Shown: positions 8,060 through 15,873 of the stretch, one piece after another
Position numbering within the stretch: the first letter of the stretch is position 1
How the letters are laid out: each line of letters opens with the position of its first letter
IMG/VR virus record: IMGVR_UViG_3300023174_000135
Origin: a virus
Taxonomy: Duplodnaviria > Heunggongvirae > Uroviricota > Caudoviricetes
Strand: one strand, 5' to 3'
Length of the DNA stretch: 17,028 nucleotides
Made by a program: the position numbers and the translations under genes
The notes under the pieces: generated by a model
What the model was told of the DNA's origin: nothing
The model's input: only the letters and a program-made list of their open reading frames with translations
The model's database searches: none

Positions 8060-8075
8060 GCAACCTTTTTTATAT
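8040..8075. terminator. bidirectional Rho-independent terminator (perfect 36-bp palindrome)
   Basis: ATATAAAAAAGGTTGCTT|AAGCAACCTTTTTTATAT between convergent genes, with a T6 tract on both strands. Both stop codons fall inside it. Confidence 0.85.
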
Positions 8076-8324
8076 AAATAAAATTGTAAAATTTTCATAT
8101 CGGAAATTCAATGTTTCGTTTACATATTTCCTAAAAGCTTCTGGATTCATTTTAAAATTTGATTCATCAAATTCGTTTGATTCGCAAATAGCGATATTAC
8201 CTTGTTGTAATGCAATATCAAATGATATACCATCTATAAATTTTGATAATTCTTCCGATAATAAACTAAAAATGCGAGCGTTTTTATCACCTTTAATTGA
8301 AGTTTCTTTAATTAATAGTTTCAT
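8070..8324 (-). CDS. hypothetical protein (84 aa)
   Basis: ATG ORF ending in the palindromic terminator, with AATATATATA upstream (overlapping the previous stop). Confidence 0.65.
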   Translation of the reverse strand: MKLLIKETSIKGDKNARIFSLLSEELSKFIDGISFDIALQQGNIAICESNEFDESNFKMNPEAFRKYVNETLNFRYENFTILFI

Positions 8325-8339
8325 ATAATAATTTTTTAT

Positions 8340-8531
8340 TTATATATATTTTTTCAAATAATCATATATACAATGAGTTCTATCATCATTGTTTACTATT
8401 GTAATAGTATTTTCGACAAAAATATTACCATCTTTGATTTCTAATTTATCGGACATGATTAAATTCTTAAATGATTCCTTATCATCTTCGGATAATTGTA
8501 AATAATTTTCTACCATTTTAAATATATTCAT
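8340..8531 (-). CDS. hypothetical protein (63 aa)
   Basis: ATG ORF co-oriented with neighbours, with upstream GATATATA and a lone TAATTTTG (8572-8579, minus). Confidence 0.6.
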   Translation of the reverse strand: MNIFKMVENYLQLSEDDKESFKNLIMSDKLEIKDGNIFVENTITIVNNDDRTHCIYDYLKKYI

Positions 8532-8593
8532 ATAATAATTTTTCTTTTATATATCTTTTATATTAACATCCCAAAATTATAATAATCTATTAT

Positions 8594-9304
8594 CTATCTA
8601 TCTAATGTTTCGTTCAATCGTAAATTAGTAATTTCTAATTCAATATATTCAATAAACCTATTCAAATACCTATTTAATATATTTAAATCTAAATTAATTT
8701 CACGATTTAAAAATGGTGCTAAATCAGGATAATTTTTAATTATTCCATTTTTGGTATATGAATCAGAATCAAAACCATCAACTAAAGAAAATACTTGCCC
8801 ATATTGAAAAGCATTTACCTTGTAGATGTCCTCAATCTTTTCTTTTTTACCAACAAAATCGGTCATAATTGTATAATCAATTTTCTTTAAAACAGCTAAT
8901 CTTTTATATAAATCTCCTTTTAATGCTGGTTTAATTTCTTGTCGTAAATAGGTTCTTGAATAAAAAGTAATAATAAATCTAGCAACTCTTAAAATCTTCT
9001 CATTTAAATCTCTTTCAACAGGAGTTAGAATTGGATTAGGAAATTTTTGCTCATGTAGATGATATGTATAATAAAGACAATTGTTTAACTCATCAATAGT
9101 TCCTTTGTGACAATCTATTATTTGGTTATTATTTATAGTAATAAGATTAGAATTAATTTCTTTATCAGGATATATTAATTGTAATTCAATATTAAAGTTT
9201 TTACATAAAGCATGTGCCTTATCTATATCATTTGGTATAGAATCATATTCAACTAATATATCATAATCTTGGCTATTTTCCGAGCCAAATAAATAATAAC
9301 GCAT
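8594..9304 (-). CDS. putative Pol-beta superfamily nucleotidyltransferase-like protein (~236 aa)
   Basis: N-terminal YLFGSENSQDYDILV fits hG[GS]...Dh[DE]h, with an unusually short GS-to-DxD spacer, followed by a largely helical C-terminal region. Start set at ATG 9304 (MRYY) because the TTG-started extension runs through a promoter. Confidence 0.6.
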   Translation of the reverse strand: MRYYLFGSENSQDYDILVEYDSIPNDIDKAHALCKNFNIELQLIYPDKEINSNLITINNNQIIDCHKGTIDELNNCLYYTYHLHEQKFPNPILTPVERDLNEKILRVARFIITFYSRTYLRQEIKPALKGDLYKRLAVLKKIDYTIMTDFVGKKEKIEDIYKVNAFQYGQVFSLVDGFDSDSYTKNGIIKNYPDLAPFLNREINLDLNILNRYLNRFIEYIELEITNLRLNETLDR

Positions 9305-9307
9305 AAG

Positions 9308-9338
9308 CAAAATTACAAAAAAATTTGTTAAAATCAAA
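9308..9338 (-). promoter_or_regulatory. Bacteroidota-type promoter for the nucleotidyltransferase gene
   Basis: Minus strand TTTG(9338-9335)-N19-TAATTTTG(9315-9308), then CTT-ATG. Confidence 0.65.
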
Positions 9339-9355
9339 AAAAATAATTACTTTTG
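9324..9355 (+). promoter_or_regulatory. Bacteroidota-type promoter for the RNA ligase gene
   Basis: TTTG(9324-9327)-N20-TACTTTTG(9348-9355), 21 nt before ATG 9377. Confidence 0.65.
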
Positions 9356-9376
9356 CTGATATAAAATTTTAATAAA

Positions 9377-10015
9377 ATGTCTAAATACCCCAAAACTTAC
9401 CATTTACCTTGGTCTAAAGGACTTCTTAACGAAGATAGAATGTGTCAAGATATATCTAGATTTATTGGTGTTCCGATTGTTATTACCGAAAAAATGGACG
9501 GAGAAAACAATGCTATGACAAATAAAGGCGTATATGCTCGCTCACATGCTGATTTTACGAATTCGCCATGGTCTGCTAAGATAAGAGAATTACATTCAGT
9601 TATTAAATCTGGTATATCTGATGATTTATTTATATTTGGTGAAGGCATGTCCGCTTTGCATTCAATAAAATATGATAATTTAACATCTCATTTTTATATG
9701 TTTGGCGCAAGATTTAATGGTATTTGGTCATCTTGGGATGAAGTAGAAGATTATGCTTTTTTATTAGATTTACCAACTGTTCCTGTTTTATTTAAAGGTA
9801 TAGTTAATTCCGAAAAAGAATTACAAAGTTTAACCGAAAAATTAAGTGCAGAAACATCATTTTTTGGAGGCGCAAGAGAAGGTATTGTATGTAGAATTCA
9901 AAGCGAGTTTAAAGAAGAAGATTTTGAATTTTGTGTCGCTAAAATTGTGAGGGCTAATCATATAGGCACAGACGAACATTGGCAAAAAAATTGGAAATGG
10001 GCAAATATAAAATAG
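9377..10015 (+). CDS. ATP-dependent RNA ligase family protein (nucleotidyltransferase domain only, 212 aa)
   Basis: KYPKTYHLPWS N-terminus, motif I TEKMDGEN (Lys at 9491), ARSH, motif III FGE, IIIa FYMF, IV REGIV and V AKIVR, plus NH..TDEHW tail. Confidence 0.85.
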   Translation: MSKYPKTYHLPWSKGLLNEDRMCQDISRFIGVPIVITEKMDGENNAMTNKGVYARSHADFTNSPWSAKIRELHSVIKSGISDDLFIFGEGMSALHSIKYDNLTSHFYMFGARFNGIWSSWDEVEDYAFLLDLPTVPVLFKGIVNSEKELQSLTEKLSAETSFFGGAREGIVCRIQSEFKEEDFEFCVAKIVRANHIGTDEHWQKNWKWANIK

Positions 10016-10040
10016 TAATCCAATGATAAAGGGTTTATAA

Positions 10041-10051
10041 TTTTATATATA
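10041..10051 (+). promoter_or_regulatory. TTTTATATATA motif variant
   Basis: 4 nt before ATG 10056. The same variant precedes the other GIY-YIG gene. Confidence 0.4.
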
Positions 10052-10055
10052 GTAT

Positions 10056-10664
10056 ATGGAAAAAATATACTATACTGTTTATAAAACAATTAACTTAATT
10101 AATGGTAATTATTATATTGGAGTTCACAAGACTAAAAATCTTAATGATTCATATCTCGGTTCCGGTAAAATATTGAAACAAGCCATAAAAAAATATGGAT
10201 CATCTAATTTTATTAAAGAAATACTTTTTATTTTTGATAATCCAGAGGAAGCGTATAACAAAGAAAGGGAAATAGTAAATTCTGATTTTGTCAAAGAAAC
10301 AAATACATATAATGTAGCAATTGGTGGAATACCAACTACAGATTTCTACCCACATAGAATATATTTATCCGGTGATAAACATCCTATGTGGGGCAAAAAA
10401 CATTCAGAAGAATCAAATAAAAAAAGAGCCAAAAAACTTCTTGGTAAAAAAATGTCAGATGCAGCTAGAGCAAATATGTCAAAAAGTCAAAAGGGTCATA
10501 AATCTTGGAATAAAGGAAAATCTCTTTCAGATAAAGATAAACAAGCTAAATCAATAGCGGCACTAAAGTTAGTAAAATTAGAATGTCCATATTGTAAAAA
10601 ATTAACAGATCCAGGTAATAGTAAACAATGGCATTTTGAGAATTGTAAAATGAAAAATAATTAA
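10056..10664 (+). CDS. free-standing GIY-YIG (Seg-like) homing endonuclease with NUMOD3-like repeats (202 aa)
   Basis: YTVYKTINLINGNYYIGVH...YLGSG..LK.AIKKYG..NF.KEIL...E catalytic module. MWGKKHSEES, GKKMSD and WNKGKSLS NUMOD3-like repeats, and a C-terminal CPYC...HFENC. Confidence 0.88.
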   Translation: MEKIYYTVYKTINLINGNYYIGVHKTKNLNDSYLGSGKILKQAIKKYGSSNFIKEILFIFDNPEEAYNKEREIVNSDFVKETNTYNVAIGGIPTTDFYPHRIYLSGDKHPMWGKKHSEESNKKRAKKLLGKKMSDAARANMSKSQKGHKSWNKGKSLSDKDKQAKSIAALKLVKLECPYCKKLTDPGNSKQWHFENCKMKNN

Positions 10665-10684
10665 TACCCAAAAACATTTATAAA

Positions 10685-10903
10685 ATGGCACTTAAAAAAT
10701 TTGAACAATTTGAAACAGATAATAATAAATTAAAAGAAATCATTAATACATATGATGATTTTGATGAGCAAAATTATGAATTTGCTAAATGGATATTTAC
10801 ACAAGAAGAAGGTAGAGAAGCTGATATGGATACTGTTAAAGATATGAATTGTGTGGCAATGCTTGAAGTAGGTGTTAGATATGCTAGAAATTATAATAAA
10901 TAA
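10685..10903 (+). CDS. hypothetical acidic protein with MALKKFEQF N-terminal tag (72 aa)
   Basis: ATG ORF with a TAATG stop/start overlap with the GT25 gene. Confidence 0.7.
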   Translation: MALKKFEQFETDNNKLKEIINTYDDFDEQNYEFAKWIFTQEEGREADMDTVKDMNCVAMLEVGVRYARNYNK

Positions 10904-11592
10904 TGTTTGATAAAATATACTGCCTTTCTTTAAGAAAGGATAAAGAAAGACGAAAAAAAGTTAGTAATAGATTAAATCAAATTGGTTTAAATTATGAATT
11001 TTTTGATGCTTATGATGGTAGTTTATTTCATCATATTTGGCAAAAATTAGATAATCCTATTTTTACAAACCAAAACTATGTTGCCTGCACTCTTTCACAT
11101 TTGGCAATTTATAAAGATGCCATAGAAAATGGATTTAATCGTATTTTAATTTTAGAAGATGATGTTATACCTCATTATGGATTTAACAAATTGATGATAG
11201 GTAATATACCAGATAATTATGATTTACTTTATTTAGGGTTTATTCCTTTATCAGATGATTGTGTTTTTTGGACTTATAATATAATTAATGATAGATTTGT
11301 TAAAAACAATTTATTTTTGGCAAAAAATTTATGGGGACTTTATGCTTATTCTCCTTCAACAGAAATAATGAAAGAAGCTATTGAAAAATATTCAGATGGT
11401 TTTCCAATGGAATTAGATAGATGGTTTGTTGAAGATGTACAAAGAAGAGAAAGGAGTTATGGTATAACTCCTCAACCTTTTTGTCATGATATATCATATT
11501 CAAATAATACAGGTCATGTAGATGGTACATCTTTAACTAAATCAATAGATAGGAGATTTGCAACAGATGAAAATTATATTATTAATGTATAG
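10903..11592 (+). CDS. glycosyltransferase family 25 protein (229 aa)
   Basis: IYCLSL..DKERR, FFDAYDG, ACTLSH and ILILEDD are GT25 (Lex2B/LgtB-like) signatures. Confidence 0.85.
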   Translation: MFDKIYCLSLRKDKERRKKVSNRLNQIGLNYEFFDAYDGSLFHHIWQKLDNPIFTNQNYVACTLSHLAIYKDAIENGFNRILILEDDVIPHYGFNKLMIGNIPDNYDLLYLGFIPLSDDCVFWTYNIINDRFVKNNLFLAKNLWGLYAYSPSTEIMKEAIEKYSDGFPMELDRWFVEDVQRRERSYGITPQPFCHDISYSNNTGHVDGTSLTKSIDRRFATDENYIINV

Positions 11593-11609
11593 TAATAGTA
11601 TTTATTATA

Positions 11610-11996
11610 TCATGATGTTGCCGATCTTTCTGAAGATTCGTTTGGATAACGAATCATAGCTCCTACATATAATCTATTATTATTTTTTATAAACCCAAAA
11701 TTAGAATAAAAATCTTTTAATTTTAATATATCTGAACCAAATTTACTGCTTGGAGTTAAGTTAATAATTAAATTATAATTATCAGCAAAAGTAATCATAT
11801 CTTGCATGAATTTTTTTGCGTATCCTTGTCCTTTTAATTCATTAGGAACTTCTAACATTGATAGATAAATAGAATTACCAAAACGAGGATATAAATCAAT
11901 AGTTAAACCTAATTTTCGATAAGGTTTTATTAGATTTGATATCCTCGATTGTAAAAATCTATGTTCGTATTCTTCAAATAATTTAATATACTTCAT
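11610..11996 (-). CDS. GNAT-family acetyltransferase with MKYIKLFEEY N-terminal tag (128 aa)
   Basis: LSMLEVPNELKGQGYAKKFM is the acetyl-CoA-binding (R/Q)xxGxA motif A, and LKDFYSNFGF is motif B. Confidence 0.8.
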   Translation of the reverse strand: MKYIKLFEEYEHRFLQSRISNLIKPYRKLGLTIDLYPRFGNSIYLSMLEVPNELKGQGYAKKFMQDMITFADNYNLIINLTPSSKFGSDILKLKDFYSNFGFIKNNNRLYVGAMIRYPNESSERSATS

Positions 11997-12580
11997 TATT
12001 CTTCATCATCGGTGTCATCCGAGTCAATTTTCTTTGCTTTTGGTGGTTTTCTATTTTTTAATTTATCTTCTATCATACTGAAAGCTTTATCATAATCTTC
12101 TTTTGTAATTTCTTTATCTTTCAACTTTAATTTATCGAAAATACTCATAGCCCACATACCAATTTTAGTATAAATTGGTGCTTCAAAATCATCTTTTTCA
12201 TCTTGTGTTAAATATTGAGACCCATTAGCCATATGTTCTAATTTATCAGCAAATTTGTGTTCTTTACCTTCGTTAACAACACTTTCGTCAAATAATCCAA
12301 AACCTTCATCTTCTAACATTTCTTGTGCTGTTTCTTTTGCATGCTCAAAAGCTTCTTCATACATACCATCATTTAAATATTCTTCTATAGTATCTAAACC
12401 ATTAGCATAAATAGCGGTATCAGGCAAATCACTGGCTGATATAAATCCTAAATATTTATCGACTAATTTGATTGCTACTTTTCTTGCTCCAAGTTTTTCA
12501 ATTAATTCGCTAATTTTTGCATACTTTTCAGTATTGTTAGATTCAGTTATAAATGTTGTATAATTTTTAATTATTTTCAT
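11996..12580 (-). CDS. hypothetical acidic protein with MKIIKNYTTFITE N-terminal tag (194 aa)
   Basis: ATG ORF coupled to the GNAT gene by a 1-nt overlap, with internal SVVNE and an acidic tail DSDDTDDEE. Confidence 0.75.
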   Translation of the reverse strand: MKIIKNYTTFITESNNTEKYAKISELIEKLGARKVAIKLVDKYLGFISASDLPDTAIYANGLDTIEEYLNDGMYEEAFEHAKETAQEMLEDEGFGLFDESVVNEGKEHKFADKLEHMANGSQYLTQDEKDDFEAPIYTKIGMWAMSIFDKLKLKDKEITKEDYDKAFSMIEDKLKNRKPPKAKKIDSDDTDDEE

Positions 12581-12596
12581 ATTTTATATTTTTATT

Positions 12597-12607
12597 TATA
12601 TATTAAA
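12597..12607 (-). promoter_or_regulatory. TTTAATATATA motif
   Basis: Reverse-strand exact motif 16 nt before ATG 12580, just after the GIY-YIG stop. Confidence 0.5.
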
Positions 12608-12614
12608 TTTTTTT

Positions 12615-13712
12615 CTAAAATTCTTCACCTGAAAATCTATATGTGAATCCTTTAACTATTAAAGGTTTTCCTGTTTTTTGATTATACTTTTGATGACAGC
12701 ATCTTGATATATTTGCACCAGTTTCGCTTATTCCCGCTTCTATACAAGCTCTTTTTATTGAATCAAATTCTTCTATAAATATACCATCTAATGTATATTT
12801 AGAAACTTTTCTACTTGTTTTTTGTATATATTGATTATATGGCACATAATCAAATAAATCACCTTCATATCTAAAAGTAGTATCATTAACCGTATAATAA
12901 CTTTTATTTTTACAACAATTATTAATCAAATGTGGATGACATCCAGTTTTTTTAGATGCTTGTATAATGCCAATATATTTTCCCAATATATTTCCATATA
13001 AATCATAGTGAATATAATTTTTTTGTGGCTTTCTATTTTTAATTTTTTCTTCTTTAATTTTTGCCTGTTTATCAATAGTTTTTTGCTTCCTTTTCGTAGG
13101 CAATTTTTCTACTTGATTGGCATCTAAAATTTTTTGTATCTCTTCCATATTTGTAATTTTTTTTGCATAACCACATGTGAAAAATTGATCACTATATCTA
13201 AAATAGTATCCTTTAAATGTTGGAATTTCATCTTTACAACATCGAACTACAGATCTCCTGTTAAAAACAGGATGATTATCCAATTCTTTTGAAGATTCAA
13301 ATTTTTGTATAAAATTATTATTAAAATCAAATTGAAGTATAATTTTTCTAAATGGATGGTTATATTTCATTCTTTTTACCGATTCTTCTTCATGTTTTCT
13401 TCCAGTCCAATCATAACCATCTCCACCATCAGTATCATTAGTTAAATCAGGGATTAATTCTCTATATTTTTTAATATATTCTATTTCATAATTATTAACT
13501 TCTTCTTTTGTAGTTTCCAAAAGAGTTTGTATTTGTGGAGTTAAATGATTATCTAATAAACTCTTTATCCATTGATTTTTTGGAGTCCAAAACCCATGTT
13601 TTTTACAATCACCAATATGTTTTTTAAGTCTATTTTTAAGATTATTGGTTTTTCCAATATATCTAATTCTATTATCAGTTGGATCAATTAATGCATAAAT
13701 ATAATATGTCAT
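12615..13712 (-). CDS. free-standing GIY-YIG homing endonuclease with NUMOD3- and three NUMOD1-like modules (365 aa)
   Basis: YIYALIDP...RYIGKT...RLKKH...EIEYI catalytic domain and GRKHEEES. Repeats ILQFDFNNNFIQKFES, IHYDLYGNILGKYIG and VSKYTLDGIFIEEFDS, each followed by ..CC..and Y(Y/T)FRY-like ends. Confidence 0.88.
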   Translation of the reverse strand: MTYYIYALIDPTDNRIRYIGKTNNLKNRLKKHIGDCKKHGFWTPKNQWIKSLLDNHLTPQIQTLLETTKEEVNNYEIEYIKKYRELIPDLTNDTDGGDGYDWTGRKHEEESVKRMKYNHPFRKIILQFDFNNNFIQKFESSKELDNHPVFNRRSVVRCCKDEIPTFKGYYFRYSDQFFTCGYAKKITNMEEIQKILDANQVEKLPTKRKQKTIDKQAKIKEEKIKNRKPQKNYIHYDLYGNILGKYIGIIQASKKTGCHPHLINNCCKNKSYYTVNDTTFRYEGDLFDYVPYNQYIQKTSRKVSKYTLDGIFIEEFDSIKRACIEAGISETGANISRCCHQKYNQKTGKPLIVKGFTYRFSGEEF

Positions 13713-13729
13713 ATTTTAAGTTTTTATTT

Positions 13730-13740
13730 TATATATAAAA
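13730..13740 (-). promoter_or_regulatory. TTTTATATATA motif variant
   Basis: 17 nt before ATG 13712, and part of the palindrome TTTTATATATAAAA (13727-13740). Confidence 0.4.
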
Positions 13741-13780
13741 ACAATATATCTCCCTTGTGTATTTTTTGAAAATTTTTTAT

Positions 13781-13788
13781 TATCTTTG
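13781..13788 (+). promoter_or_regulatory. Bacteroidota-type -7 box upstream of gltX
   Basis: TATCTTTG 28 nt before ATG 13817. The -33 element is imperfectly spaced (TTG at 13755, 23 nt away). Confidence 0.5.
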
Positions 13789-13816
13789 TGCTAATTAAAA
13801 ATTTAAATTAAAGGAA

Positions 13817-15331
13817 ATGACTAATAAAATAAATAAAAAAGTGGTGACTCGTGTCGCTCCAAGCCCAACAAGTCCTTATGGCTTACACGTTGGCAACATT
13901 CGAACTATGTTATTTAATTATTTATTTGCTAAACAAAATGGTGGAACATTTTATTTGCGAATAGAAGATACAGATCAAGATCGTTTTTGCGAAGGTTCAG
14001 AAGAATTAATTAAAAAAACTCTTGATTGGTTAGGCATAGAAGCTGATTTTGCACCTTGGACTGATAATAAACCTTTTGGCGCAATGCGTCAATCTGAAAG
14101 AGATTATACACATTATGTTAAGTATCTTTTAGATAATGGTTATGCTTATTATGCTTTTGATACAAAAGAAGAATTAGATGCTTTAAGAGCTAATCAACAA
14201 AATTTTTCATATGGACATACAAATCGTATGACATTAAAAAATTCATTGGCTTTATCTTCCGAAGAAGTTAATAAACTTTTAGAAGCAAATACACCATATA
14301 CAATTAGGTTTAAAGTTGATGCTAATCAAGATATAACTTTTACTGATATAATTCGTGGTGAAGTTACATTCAACACAAATCAAATGGATGATAAAGTTTT
14401 AGTTAAAACTAATAAAATTCCAACTTATCATTTAGCTAACATTTGTGATGATCATGATATGGGAACTACACATACTATTCGTGGTGAAGAATGGCTTTCT
14501 TCTACTCCTTTACATGTTTTAATTTATAAAGCATTTGGTTGGGAAATGCCTGAATTTGCGCATTTACCATTAGTGTTAAATCCACCGCCATTAAAAGGCA
14601 AATTATCTAAAAGAAATGCTGTTAAATTAGGATTTCCAATTTTCCCATTTGGTGGTAATTCAGAAGAAGGTTATTTAAAAGGGTTTGTTGATGAAGGTTA
14701 TGACCCAGCAGCCGTAATAAACTTTCTTTTATTATTGGGTTGGACACCACATGGTATGAAAGATGGTGATGAAATTTTATCATTAGAAGATGGTATTAAG
14801 TTATTTGATTTACATTCAGTGCATAAAGCAGGTGCAAGATATGATATTGATAAATTAAAATTTTTCAATGGATATTATTTGCAACATAAAACTACAGATG
14901 AAGAATTGTTTAAATATGTAAATTTTGGTAATTCTAATTATTCTGATTCACAAAAATTAGAAATTTTAGATATGGCTAAAAAACGTTCACATTTTAAGCA
15001 TGAAATGCAACATGTGGTTGATTTATTTATTGATTCTGTTAAATTAGATGAAAAACAATTATCTACAATTACAGAATTACATAATGAAACATTTGTGCAG
15101 TTTTTGAAATTGGCTGAAACAATTGAATGGAATCATGATTCTATTAAGCAAACTATAAACGATGCTTGTAATTTAACAGGAATTAAAATGGGTAAATTTA
15201 TGCCTATTGTTAGAACAATTCTTGCAGGTGGTATTACAGGACCAGATATGGTTAGTTTTATGACAATCATCGGAAAAGAAGAAGTTAGAAAGCGTGTTAA
15301 TACGGTTTCAATGAAGTATAATTTGATTTAA
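13817..15331 (+). CDS. gltX: glutamate--tRNA ligase (class I)
   Basis: TRVAPSPT, HIGH-equivalent HVGN (13886-13897), LRIEDTDQ.R, RQSER, PTYHLANICDDH, HTIRGEEW, FAHLPL, KMSKS-equivalent KLSKR (14600-14614), LGW, and an anticodon-binding helical C-terminus. The KLGFPIFP segment after KLSKR resembles Bacteroidota GluRS. Confidence 0.95.
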   Translation: MTNKINKKVVTRVAPSPTSPYGLHVGNIRTMLFNYLFAKQNGGTFYLRIEDTDQDRFCEGSEELIKKTLDWLGIEADFAPWTDNKPFGAMRQSERDYTHYVKYLLDNGYAYYAFDTKEELDALRANQQNFSYGHTNRMTLKNSLALSSEEVNKLLEANTPYTIRFKVDANQDITFTDIIRGEVTFNTNQMDDKVLVKTNKIPTYHLANICDDHDMGTTHTIRGEEWLSSTPLHVLIYKAFGWEMPEFAHLPLVLNPPPLKGKLSKRNAVKLGFPIFPFGGNSEEGYLKGFVDEGYDPAAVINFLLLLGWTPHGMKDGDEILSLEDGIKLFDLHSVHKAGARYDIDKLKFFNGYYLQHKTTDEELFKYVNFGNSNYSDSQKLEILDMAKKRSHFKHEMQHVVDLFIDSVKLDEKQLSTITELHNETFVQFLKLAETIEWNHDSIKQTINDACNLTGIKMGKFMPIVRTILAGGITGPDMVSFMTIIGKEEVRKRVNTVSMKYNLI

Positions 15332-15332
15332 T

Positions 15333-15836
15333 ATGTTTCAAGAAGATAATAGTGGTTATATTTTTTTCCCGAATGGTAATCATAAAATAACATCAATTGA
15401 TACGGGTAAAACTCTTGTGTATTTAGTTGTATTTGATCCAATTAAGAAAAAGATAAAAGATTCTAAATTAGAAAATGTTAATTTATTTTCACCAGGAGTT
15501 TTTGTATCAGATGACGTAATGGCTCGTCCTCCTATTAAAATACAGGATGATTCATTAGATGGATTTATTGAATCACATAAAGAACAACAAGAATATGATG
15601 CTTTATATTTCCCTCATTTTGAATCTGAAGAAGATTTGAAGCGGCAAATGTCTATTAATTTAGTAAGTGCAATTTGTATTGGTTGGTCAAATTATTCATT
15701 TGAATATAGACATAGCATTCGTTATTGGAATGCTTCATTTCGTGATTTAACGCCAGAAGGACGCAATCTTTATTATAGTATCAAAAAGTTGCATAATAAT
15801 AAAGAAGTAAGGATTTTAACTTTTTCGACAAATTAG
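15333..15836 (+). CDS. hypothetical protein (167 aa)
   Basis: ATG 1 nt after the gltX stop, suggesting coupling. No family recognised. Confidence 0.75.
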   Translation: MFQEDNSGYIFFPNGNHKITSIDTGKTLVYLVVFDPIKKKIKDSKLENVNLFSPGVFVSDDVMARPPIKIQDDSLDGFIESHKEQQEYDALYFPHFESEEDLKRQMSINLVSAICIGWSNYSFEYRHSIRYWNASFRDLTPEGRNLYYSIKKLHNNKEVRILTFSTN

Positions 15837-15873
15837 AAAAAAAAGTTAAAAAAGTTGATTTTTTGGTATTTTA

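Noticed and set aside
8586-8604. TATC/TCTA microrepeat at the NTase stop
   Set aside because: Only about three units in AT-rich sequence, with no frame consequence.
7759-10557. ORFs 7759-8028 (-), 9445-9648 (-) and 10321-10557 (+)
   Set aside because: Fully nested in stronger genes, antisense or out of frame, with no expression signals.
1333-13712. Group I introns or inteins hosting the endonucleases
   Set aside because: Flanking genes are complete and flanks are too short for ribozyme cores. No intein termini are seen in nadV or gltX.
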